A stretch of 64,000 nt of DNA from Octopus vulgaris (lineage: Eukaryota), in the NCBI GenBank assembly GCA_951406725.2, contig OX597838.1, positions 37,138,001 to 37,202,000 of the forward strand, given 5' to 3'. The position numbers and the translations under genes are program-made. Of this stretch, positions 52,780-64,000 are shown in pieces. The stretch's first letter is position 1. Each line of letters begins with the position of its first letter. The notes under the pieces are model-generated. The model did not search any database. It was not told the DNA's origin and was given only the letters and a program-made list of their open reading frames with translations.

Positions 52780-52935
52780 TCTTTCTTCTTCTTCTTCTTC
52801 TTTTTCTTCTTCTTCTTCTTCTTCTTTTTCTTCTTCTTCTTCTTCTTCTTTCTTCTTTCTTCTTCTTCTTCTTCTTCTTCTTCTTCTTCTTCTTCTTCTT
52901 CTTCTTCTTCTTCTTCTTCTTCCTCCTCCTCCTCC
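52780..52935. repeat. (CTT)n microsatellite
   Basis: Read directly from the sequence. Confidence 0.95.
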
Positions 52936-53500
52936 ATTGCCCACTTCCTCATCCTTTTCCTCCTGTCATCCCCCATCTTTTTCCCTTCCTCCTTCCCCTG
53001 CTCCTCTGCACCCTTCTCCTCATATCCCCCCTCCTCGTCTCTTCCCTCTCCACCCTGCCCCCTCTTATCCATCTCTTACCCCTCCACTAGTTTCCTGCAA
53101 CGAAGATGAAGTCTCCCTTTCAAATCTTCTGAGAAGCCTTCGCTTTTACCTGCTTTCAACAGCCTTGCATTTACGTTTTGGTGGCTGTGTAGGAATATGT
53201 GTCTGTCTGTGTGTGTCTGTGTGTCTATATGTGTATGTGAGAGAGTTTTGTTAAGTGGTGTCATTAATTATATCTCATTCACCCTCCCCCCCCCCGTACT
53301 GGTGCAATGTTGTTTCCCATTACTGTTCCTCTCCTCATTCCTTCTTCCACCATCTAGATCAGTAGAACTGTATGGGCCCTTCAAGGCCCATATAAGATTT
53401 TGTCATTAAAATTATCTGCAATAAATTGGTTCTACCTCTGCAGTACACAAAACATTCTAACATTTTTTTTTTATACAGTTCCTAATAGTATTTGACCATA

Positions 53501-53735
53501 TAAGGCGGCAGGTTGGCAGAAATGTTAAAATACCGGGTGAAATAATTAGCCGTATTTTGTCTACCGTTATGTTCTGAGTTCAAATTCCGCTGAGGTCGAC
53601 TTTGCCTTTCATTCTTTCAGGGTCGATAAATTAAGCACCAGTTATGCACTGGGGTCAATGTAATTGACTTAATCCGTTTGTCTGTCCTTGTTTGTCCTCT
53701 CTATCTTTAGCCTCTTCTGGGCAGTAAAGAAATAA
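53501..53735 (+). mobile_element. SINE family B (tail type 1)
   Basis: Collinear with 4954-5184. Confidence 0.85.
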
Positions 53736-53935
53736 GTATTTAATCAAAAAAATTATATGTACTTTTTTAAACAGTGAATGACCTGGTGGGTTCATCCTAG
53801 TAAAATGAGAATCAAAGGGGTTTGTTGGTCGAAAATGGTTGAGAAACGCTGTCCTAGACCAATGGTTTCCAATCAGGGTGCATATGGTCCTTGGCGGTCC
53901 ATTTAAGCTTTCCTTGTTAAAATTTATCGGCAACA

Positions 53936-54318
53936 GGTGTAGGAGTGGCTGTGTGGTAAGTAGCTTGCTTACCATCCACATGGTTCCGGGTTCAGTCCCA
54001 CTGTGTGGCACCTATAGTCTTCTACTATAGCCTCATGCTGACCAAAGCCTTGTAAGTGGATTTGGTGGACGGAAACTGAAAGAAGCCCGTCGTGTATATG
54101 TATATATATGTGTGTGTGTGTTTGTGTTTGTCCCCCCAACATCACTTGACAACCGATGCTGGTGTGTTTACATCCCCACAACTTAGTGGTTCAGCAAAAG
54201 AGACCGATAAAATAAGTACTAGGCTTACAAAGAATAAGTCCCGGGGGCGATTTGCTTGACTAAAGGCGGTGCTCCAGCATGGCCGCAGTCAAATGACTGA
54301 AACAAGTAAAAGAGTAAA
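53936..54318 (+). mobile_element. SINE family A
   Basis: Collinear with the family consensus. Confidence 0.9.
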
Positions 54319-54371
54319 GGTGTAACAGTTTCGTTATGCTTCTACAACACATAAAATATATTATTAATTAT

Positions 54372-54565
54372 TCTTTTACTTGTTTCAGTCATGTGACTTC
54401 AGCCATGGTGGGGGGGGGGCACCACCCTTTTAGTTGAGCAGATTGACTTTTAAATCCTAGTGCTTATTCTATCAGCCTCTTTTGCTGAACTGCTTGGCTA
54501 CAGGGATGTAAACACACCAGTTGTCAAGCGGTGATAGCAGGGACAAACACAAAGACACACATGCA

Positions 54566-54596
<31 letters not shown>

Positions 54597-54752
54597 GATA
54601 ATCTTCTTTCAGTTTCTGTCCACCAAATTCACTCAGAAGGCTTTAGTTAGCCTGAGGCTATTGTAGAAGATATTTGCCCAAGGTTCCACGCAGAGGGACT
54701 GAACCCAGAACCATGTGGTTGGGAAGCAAGCTTCTTATCCCTCAGTGGCGCC
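54372..54752 (-). mobile_element. SINE family A (older)
   Basis: Reverse complement; tail-to-tail with the preceding copy. Confidence 0.8.
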
Positions 54753-55108
54753 TTATATTGATTCCTAATATTGAATTATATTTCTTCTTCTTCATCTTCT
54801 TCCATTGCCCACTTCTTCCCTTCCTCTCCCTTATTCCTCATTTTCTTCCCCCTTCTTTTCCTCCTCTCAACCTCATCTTTTCCATTCCTTCTCCCCTGCT
54901 CCTCTGCACCCTTCTCCTCATATCACTCTCTTCGTCTCTTCCCTCTTCACCCTCTCTTCTCCATCTGTTACTCCTCCTCTAGTTTCCTGCAATGATAATG
55001 GTTAAGAGGGTACTCACGAGTCAAATCGGAATTAAATTAATTGACCCTCCTGGGTTTTCTTTTACTCAAGTCCACAGGGAGCATTTCAGCAACCCTGTAC
55101 ATGCATTG

Positions 55109-55146
<38 letters not shown>

Positions 55147-55406
55147 GAAAATTTCTGGCTTTCAGGGTATCACAAAATGCCAGGCTAGAGTCCCAGTGTT
55201 CCGAGTTCTGGGAGGAGAATATGCTGAGCAAAGTCATAATCAACTGATCTTCCTGTGTTTTCTCCTACCCAAAGCCAGGAACTTTTAGCATCGGTTCATG
55301 AATAACCTTCTGGCCTTTACTTTGTATCATCAACAAAAAATTACTCCATACGACAAATATGCAAATATCATTTAATAAACAAAAACTTTTACCTACTTAT
55401 TCCATA

Positions 55407-55784
55407 GCGCAGGAGTGGCTGTGTGGTAAGTAGCTTGCTAACCAACGACATGGTTCCGGGTTCAGTCTCACTGCGTGGCACCTTGGGCAAGTGTCTTCTG
55501 CTATAGCCTCGGGCCGACCAATGCCTCGTGAGTGGATTTGGTAGATGGAAACTGAAAGAAGCCTGTCGTATATATGTGTGTGTGTGTGTCTGTTCCTCTA
55601 GCATTGCTTGACAACCGATGCTGGTGTGTTTACGTCCCCGTCACTTAGCGGTTCGGCAAAAGAGACCGATAGAATAAGTACTGGGCTTACAAAGAATAAG
55701 TCCCGGGGTCGAGTTGCTTCGACTAAAGGCGGTGCTCCAGCATGGCCGCAGTCAAATGACTGAAACAAGTCAAAGAGTAAAGAG
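55407..55784 (+). mobile_element. SINE family A, full length
   Basis: Collinear with 2021-2445. Confidence 0.9.
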
Positions 55785-56049
55785 TATAGTTTGAAATATA
55801 CTTGGTCCTATTAAATTGTTTTCGGCAGCCATCTCTCACCTGGTTAGCGTCCAGGTCGTGGTCAGTGACCGGGTCATAGCTTATACAATAAAGATTTGTT
55901 TTATTGCTTAACATAATATAATGCACAAGTGACTATCAGGACATTCCATTTTATTTTTAATGGCCCTGATGAGTTTTCCATGATGTTATATTAATTGCTT
56001 CATGTTCAACACATCACCTCAAAACAATTGATCTTTCTCAACATTTAAT

Positions 56050-56464
56050 GTACATATATGTATAATATGTGTGTGTATATGTGTATACACACAAACCCAC
56101 ATATATATACATAGATATGTAGGTATGTATTTTACAAGTATATATATATGTGTGTATATGTATATATACATATATATATATAAAAATATGTGTGTGTATA
56201 TGCTTGTATATATATATATATATATATACACATGTATGTGTGTGTTTATATATATATATATGTAAACACACACATAAATGTACAGATAAATGTATATATA
56301 TATTTGTGTGTGTGTGTGTATATATATATATGTATACATATACATATGTGTATGCATTTATATATATATATATATACATACACATACACGTGTATGCATA
56401 TATGATATATATATACACATATATAATATGTGTACATATATATAATATAGATAATATATTTATG

Positions 56465-56498
<34 letters not shown>

Positions 56499-56508
56499 TA
56501 CGTATGTG

Positions 56509-56543
<35 letters not shown>

Positions 56544-57036
56544 TTACATACATACATTCATACACACACACCCACGCTCATTCTCACATGCTCACACACA
56601 CACACACACATGCAATATATTCATGTATATATATGCTTTCTTGATTTTCTTTTTTTTCTTTTTTTGGTTTTTTTTCCCTTTCTACTGTTTGCAAATAACC
56701 AATGGAGTCAACACTTTTTTTTCCATTATTTCAGTCAGGTGTTACCTGTTTTTTTTTTTAATCTTTTTATCTTTTCTTCTTTTAATTTTCATTGTTTTTT
56801 TTTTCTATCTTTTCTTTTCTTCTATTCTTTGGTTTCCATTTGTTGAATTTTATTATGAATAACTATCAATTTACCCCTCCATACATGGCAGCAAAGCAAA
56901 TTATTCTGATGCCATCATATTCCCACGATAATTCATTCTGATAATAATTTGGGACTGTGTTTCCATGTCAAAAGACAATCTTTTGATAATGCTGACTTTG
57001 TGTGTGCAAGCGTGCAATATGCATACACACACACAC

Positions 57037-57072
<36 letters not shown>

Positions 57073-57119
57073 GTATGTTTTTTTTTTTTTTTTTTTGTTT
57101 GTATATTATTTTTTATATG

Positions 57120-57167
<48 letters not shown>

Positions 57168-57207
57168 ATATATATATATATATATAGATAGATAGATATA
57201 CATATGT

Positions 57208-57255
<48 letters not shown>

Positions 57256-57264
57256 TTGTATATG

Positions 57265-57333
<69 letters not shown>

Positions 57334-57382
57334 GTATATATATAGATAGATAGATATACATATGTGTTTATATATATCAACA

Positions 57383-57442
<60 letters not shown>

Positions 57443-57721
57443 CGTGTGTTTGCCCATTTTTTTTTTGTCTACTATGTACATTACACATGTGTGTGTGTAA
57501 AATATACATACACACACACATACATGCACACATATATTTAAATGCACATACATACAATATGGAGTTGTTCCTCGGAAGATATGTATTCACAAAATTCATA
57601 AACTTGGGACAATGGTAATATATACATGTGTGTGTGTGAGTGAGTGTGTGTATATGTATATATAAATATATATATGTCTATACATATGTATATGTAAATG
57701 TATATATGTATATATATATAC

Positions 57722-57756
<35 letters not shown>

Positions 57757-57793
57757 CGTGTATTTATTTATATATATATGCATATATGGGTAC

Positions 57794-57835
<42 letters not shown>

Positions 57836-57880
57836 TGGGTACAGGACATATATATATATATATTTATATACACACACACA
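56050..57880. repeat. Extended (TA)/(TG)/(CA) low-complexity region with short unique islands
   Basis: Read directly from the sequence. Confidence 0.85.
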
Positions 57881-58055
57881 AACACAAACAGACATGTATC
57901 AACATTGTTCTCATTGTTAGTGTCCATTCTTCCATGCTTGTATGAGTCAAACGAGATTCCGGTTCCCAAGCAAGCCAATATTTCACCGTAGCCAAATATA
58001 TTTTCACAGAAGATTGCAAACAAAGGACATCGCTATTATAACACTGACGCATCTC

Positions 58056-58464
58056 TTTTTCTCTTTTACTTGTGTCAGTCACTTGACTGTGGCCATGCTG
58101 GAGCGCCGCCTTTAGTCGAGCAAATCAACCCCAGGACTTATTCTTTGGAAGCCTAGTACTTATACTATCGGTCGTTTTTGCCGAACCACCATGTTACGGG
58201 GACGTAAACACACCAGCATCAGTTGTCAAGTGATGTTGGGGGGACAAACACACACACACAAACAGACACACACATATATATATATATACACACATATATA
58301 CGATGTGCTTCTTTCAGTTTCCATCTACCAAATCCACTCACAAGGCTTTGGTCAGCCCGAGGCTATAGTAGAAGATACCTGCCCAAGGTTCCACGCAGTG
58401 GGACTGAACCCGGAACCATGTGGTTGGTAAACAAGCTACTTACCACACAGCCACTCCTACGCCT
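58056..58464 (-). mobile_element. SINE family A, full length
   Basis: Reverse complement of the family consensus. Confidence 0.9.
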
Positions 58465-58603
58465 ATCCTATATATTTTTATAAAGCACACCATTTGAACC
58501 CATACAGGAAGTGGGCAAGTATATGTGTGTGTGGCATGAGTGCCATTACATCACAAATGGGTTATGTTTGAAGATAAGCCACAGTTTCACTATTTACATT
58601 GTT

Positions 58604-58950
58604 CTGTGTGGCACCTTGGGCAAGTGTCTTCTACTATAGCCTCAGTTTGACCAAAGCCTTGTGAGTGGATTTGGTAGACGGAAACTGAAAGAAGCCTGTC
58701 GTATATATATGCATATATATATGTATGTATGTGTGTGTATATGTTCGTTTGTCTGTGTTTTTCCCCTCAACATTTCTTGACAACCGATGATGGTGCTTTT
58801 AGGTCCCTGTAATTTAGCGGTTTGGCAAAAGAGACCGATAGAATAAGTACTAGGCTTACAAAGAATAAGTCCTGGGGTTGATTTGCTCAACTAAAAGCGG
58901 TGCTCCAGCATGGCCGCAGTCAAATGACTGAAACAAGTAAAAGAGTAAAA
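58604..58950 (+). mobile_element. SINE family A, 5' truncated
   Basis: Starts at the CORE-like segment. Confidence 0.85.
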
Positions 58951-59195
58951 GGGAGGGTAAGGGGGAGAGAGAAAATGTCATAAGGAATGTGAGAATAGAA
59001 AAGCTAATAGGAACAAGGAACAGTAAATGGTAATTACTGGTAGGGACATGGTATTTTGTGATGCAATCATGATATTCTATAAAGTATATTAAAAGATTTT
59101 ATAAGTCAATTCCACGTTCTACTGTGTTAGCAGTGCACTTTTTATATTATTTGTTAGGGTTGTCTCTACAAATATTTTATAAAAATTATTGCCAG

Positions 59196-59363
59196 TAGGA
59201 GTGGCTGTGTGGTAAGTAGCTTGCTAACCAACCACATGGTTCCGGGTTCAGTCCCACTGCGTGGCACCTTGGGCAAGTGTCTTCTACTATAGCCTCGGGC
59301 CGACCAAAGTCTTGTGAGTGGATTTGGTAGACGGAAACTGAAAAGAAGCCCGTCGTATATATG

Positions 59364-59394
<31 letters not shown>

Positions 59395-59610
59395 TTGTGT
59401 GTCTGTGTTTGTTCCCCTAGCATTGCTTGACAACCGATGCTGGTGTGTTTACGTCCCCGTCACCTAGCGGTTTGGCAAAAGAGACCAATAGAATAAGTAC
59501 TGGGCTTACAAAGAATAAGTCCCGGGGTCGATTTGCTCGACTAAAGGCTGTGCTCCAGCATGGCCGCAGTCAAATGACTGAAACAAGTAAAAGAGTAAAA
59601 GAGTAAAGAG
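59196..59610 (+). mobile_element. SINE family A, full length
   Basis: Collinear with 2021-2445. Confidence 0.9.
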
Positions 59611-60237
59611 AGAGTACTAATTTTTGTTACTAAGTTTTGTATACGAGACGTCAGATGTAAACAAACAATGAAATCAAAGATGAAAATAAGGGAATGTATG
59701 TAAGTGCCATATTTCGGGAGTTTTTGCTCCTTCATCATCCTTGAACACATTGCAAAATACAGTAAAGTTATTGGATATGCTAATTTTACATATCAAACAC
59801 CTTCCTGGAAGCTGGTATGTAAATAGTAATGATTTGTAGGGACACAGTATTTTCTTATTCAGCTGTAAAATACTCTAAAGCAGTGCTTTTCAAACTTTTT
59901 GCTGGAGCGGAACCCCCAGGAAACATTCCACGTTCTTCTTCTTCCTCTTCTTCTTCCAATCAGGACTCACGCCATTAGCCACAAAGAATAATCTCTAATT
60001 CGAGCCTACTCTAAGCTACTAAGAATACATGTGGCAAATTGAAGATCCACCCACCACATGCGATAGACTGGCAGTTGCACGGGCGCAAAAGCTACATTGT
60101 TATCCTCATTCCGTAAATGGTGGCTTTTAATGGGTGGAGAGCTGAACCATCCTGGGGTACAGAGGATTCGCAATCTAGACTAGGGTCTGAAAGTTTACCA
60201 CACCATACTGGGTCACACCATGGTTCCTCTGCTTTGT

Positions 60238-60433
60238 GGAAGAAATAGGAAGAAAGAGTGAGAGAAAGTTGTGATGAAAGAGTACAGCGGGGTTCACCAC
60301 CCCTCCCTGCCAGAGCATTGTGGAGCTTAGGGATTTTTGCTCAATAAACACTCACAATGCTCGGTCTGGGAATCGAAACCATGTTTTTACGACCGCGAGT
60401 CTGCTGCCCTAACCACTGGGCCGTTGCACCTCC
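60238..60433 (-). mobile_element. SINE family D, 5' part
   Basis: Matches 13800-13985. Confidence 0.8.
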
Positions 60434-60762
60434 ACAGGTCTCTGGCTTGTCTGTTCTTGCTGAACTGTTGAGCCTGTGCCAGAATGGAAGACGGGACATT
60501 AAATTATAACAACAACAACAACAACAATAATAATAATAATAATGATGATGATGATGTATAAGACTAGACATTGATAATTATTTTCTATTAGTAAAAGTTA
60601 CTTATAATTAATTAATTTGCAGCTTTTTTTTATTATTATAGTATAGATAAATGATTGTGGTCATTGATATTGCCTTCATCACCGCAACTTTCACCGCCCC
60701 TATGTCCCCCCTCCCCCACCACCATCAATGCCATGGCCAATAACTCATTCTTCGTCACAATC

Positions 60763-61169
60763 AGGTGCAGGAGTGGCTGTGTGGTAAGTAGCTTGCTAAC
60801 CAACCACATGGTTCCGGGTTCAGTCCCACTGCATGGCATCTTGGGCAAATGTCTTCTACTATAGCCCCGGGCCGACCAATGCCTTGTGAGTGGATTTGGT
60901 AGACGGAAACTGAAAGAAGCCTGTCGTATATATGTATATATATATATGTTTGTGTGTGTTTGTGTGTCTGTGTTTGTCCCCCTAGCTTTGCTTGACAACC
61001 GATGCTGGTGTGTTTACATCCCCGTCACCTAGCGGTTCGGCAAAAAGAGACCGATAGAATAAGTACTGGGCTTACAAAGAATAAGTCCTGGGGTCGATTT
61101 GCTCGACTAAAGGCGGTGCTCCAGCATGGCCGCAGTCAAATGACTGAAACAAGTAAAAGAGTAAAAGAG
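60763..61169 (+). mobile_element. SINE family A, full length
   Basis: Collinear with 2021-2445. Confidence 0.9.
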
Positions 61170-61209
61170 AATCAACACTGCCACCATTACCCCCAATGGT
61201 CTTCAGACT

Positions 61210-61650
61210 CCTCCTCCTCCTCATCATCATCATTATTGTTGTTGTTGTTCTTATTGTCATCATCATCATTGTAATTGTCATCATCGTTGTTGTATCACCA
61301 GCTTTGCACAACGGTCATCATAAGCATCATTGCCATGGCTGCAACAACCATCGACTCACTATCACCACCACCACCACCACCACCACCACCTGTTCAGTCA
61401 TCACCATCATCACCATCGTAATGGCCATCATTATATTCTTGTCATCATCATCATCATCATTATTCTCGCCACCACTACCATAATCATTTTCATCATCATC
61501 TTCATCATCACCACCACCACCACCACCACCACCACCACCATCATCATCATTACTCTCGCCACCACTACCATCATCATCATCATCATCATCACCATCACCA
61601 TCATCATCATCATCACCATCATCTTCATCATCATCTGCCATCTTCATTAT
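61210..61650. repeat. (ATC)/(ACC)n low-complexity tract
   Basis: Read directly from the sequence. Confidence 0.9.
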
Positions 61651-61844
61651 TCATGTATGTATTTTTGCTTCATCTTACATTCAGACGGAACAGTCCAACA
61701 AAGCCGCTCGTTTGTCAGACTCCGTTACAAAAACTCTTTGAAGAAGGATCTTCATTGAGTTGAGATTTTCATGGATTCTTTGTTAATGTGAAAATATCAA
61801 AGTTCCTTTGAATAGCAGAAATCGTTTGCTCCAAGCAACGGAGA

Positions 61845-62846
61845 GGGAGAGAGAGAGAGAGAGGGGAAAGAGAGAGAGAGGAAGGAGAGAGAGAGAGCGA
61901 GAGTGGGAGAGAGACAGGCAGACAGACAGACAGATACGCAGGGAGTTGGAAAATTGGAAGAGAAATGAAGGTTAGAAGAGAGCAGGATTTGAGAGAGAGA
62001 GAGAGACAGAAGGATGAGAGGGGAAGAAGGATGAGAGGGGAAGAAGGATGAGAGGGAAGATGAGAGAGGTAGAAACAAAGAAATATGATGGAGAGAGAGA
62101 GAGAGGAGATAGGTAGATATTAAGATAGAGAGAGAGAGAGGAGAGATTGGTAGATAGATAGATAGATTGATAGATAAATAGATAGAGAGAGAGGAGAGAT
62201 AGGTAGCTGGATAGATAGATAGAGAGAGAGGAGCTAGTTGATGGATAGATAGAGAGAGAAAAAATAGATAGTGAGAGAGAGAGATGCAAAGGGTTGGGAA
62301 GTTGGATGAGCTTTGAAGACTGGAAGAGTCCAAGAAGATTTGAGAGAGAGAGAGATGACAAGAGAATATGGGAGAGAGAGAGAGAAAGGAATATGAGGGA
62401 GAGAGAGAGAGAGAAGAGAGATAGAGGAGTCAAAGAGCGAGAAGAGAAAAATAGAGAGAGAGAGAGAGAGAAATAAGAGAGATGGAAAATAAAGAGAGAG
62501 AGAGGGAGAATTAGAGGAAAAGAGAGAGAGGAGAAAGAGTAAGAGGGAACGAAAGAGGAGAGAGAAATAATGAGAGTAAGGGAGAGAGTGAGGAGACAAA
62601 GAGAGTCTTTGAAACAGAGTAAGTGATGAGAGAGAAAGAGAGAGAAAGAAAGATTAGTGAGAGAGGGAGTTGAGCAAAAGAGAGGTATGAGAAAGTAAGA
62701 AAGCTAGTGAGGAGACATGAACTGAATAAAAGAGAGATTAAGAGTGAAGGAGAGAGAGAGAGAAAGAGAGAGATTGACAACATGATAGAGAGAGAGAGAG
62801 GGAAGGAGAGAAGACAAGTTTAAAAGATTGTGAAGGGGAAATAGAA

Positions 62847-62877
<31 letters not shown>

Positions 62878-63108
62878 CTATTGCGAAGAGGAGAGAGAGA
62901 GAGACTATTGCGAAGAGGAGAGAGAGAGAGACTATTGCAAAGAGGAGGGAGAGTGAGAGCGAGAGACTATTGCAAAGAGGAGGGAGAGAGAGAGAGAGAT
63001 ACAGGTGGGAGAAAAAGTGATTGAATGCAAAAAGAAATGCCAAGAAAGATCAAAGAGACGGTGTACAGGTGTAGGTTTCCGAAGACGAGAGAGAAAGAAA
63101 GAAAGAAA

Positions 63109-63146
<38 letters not shown>

Positions 63147-63220
63147 ATGAGAAAGAAAGAAGATATACAGACAGACAGGGAAAGGAGATAAGTAGAAACA
63201 GAGAGAGAGAGAGAGAGAGA
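61845..63220. repeat. ~1.4-kb polypurine (GA)-rich tract, including 4x GAGACTATTGC(G/A)AAGAG
   Basis: Read directly from the sequence. Confidence 0.9.
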
Positions 63221-63279
63221 TAAATGTATATGTGTACAGGTGTGTATCTGTTGATATATATATATATATGCATATATGT

Positions 63280-63542
63280 ATGTATGTATGCATGTATGTG
63301 AATGTGTGTGTATATATATATGTATGTATGCATGTATGTGAATGTGTGTGTGTATATATGTATATATATATATATATTTATATATGTATGTGAATGTGTG
63401 TGTGTATATATATATGTATGTATGCATGTATGTGAATGTGTGTGTGTATATATGTGTATATATATATATTTATATATGTATGTGAATGTGTGTGTGTGTA
63501 TATATATATATATATGTATGTATGCATGTATGTGAATGTGTT

Positions 63543-63575
<33 letters not shown>

Positions 63576-63750
63576 TTATATATGTATGTGAATGTGTGTG
63601 TGTATATGTATATATGTATGTAAATGTATATGTATATATCTATACGTATGTAAATGTATGTGTATATATTTATAGAGTGATATATAAGCATATATATATA
63701 TATATTTATACACATATGCTATCTTTAATGTGGATGCATATATATATATA
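63280..63750. repeat. Compound minisatellite with a TATGCATGTATGTGAATGTG core
   Basis: Read directly from the sequence. Confidence 0.85.
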
Positions 63751-64000
63751 TATGTACTATATATAAAATCTGTCTGACTATAAACACAGATGTGTGTGTG
63801 TGTGTATAAATATCCATGTATATATGTACATGTGTGTGTGTGTGTTTAGACAGGCAGACAGATATAAATAAGCCACAGATGCCGAGGTCGATGTAATTGA
63901 CTTTTTCCCTCAAAGCTCTGACATTGTCCTCATGTTGGAAATCATTCTTGGATCTGCAGAATCATCAGAACAAAAGGAAAATAATTTTTGCAATATCGAT

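Noticed and set aside
55964-55975. CTGATGAG hammerhead-like word
   Set aside because: There is no stem II or downstream GAAA.

Overview
This is AT-rich, repeat-saturated eukaryotic DNA with no recognisable host protein-coding gene. The SINE families and extreme microsatellite load look like an octopus (coleoid cephalopod) genome; this is recognition from memory, not a database hit. Nearly all ORFs in the track are artefacts of microsatellites or SINEs. Dispersed repeats: ~30 copies or fragments of a tRNA-headed SINE with an internal microsatellite (family A), two other tRNA-headed SINE families (B, D), and a (GAT)n-tailed element whose 5' end is a variable array of ~63-bp monomers (family C). 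Decayed retroelements: CR1/L2-like, RTE-like, two R4/Dong-like and two Penelope-like GIY-YIG relics. DNA elements: piggyBac-type MITEs and a non-autonomous Helitron. The most interesting signal is a set of small non-coding, fold-back or microsatellite-embedded elements carrying minimal type I hammerhead-ribozyme motifs (6369-6403, 35940-35974, 10115-10159, remnant at 7041). They co-occur with Penelope-like endonuclease relics and with two fold-back insertions stacked at one triplicated target site (18468-19081). A few weak exon candidates and TALE/Hox-motif-rich unique islands suggest a large intron or gene desert. Coordinates were read by eye and may be off by a few bases.
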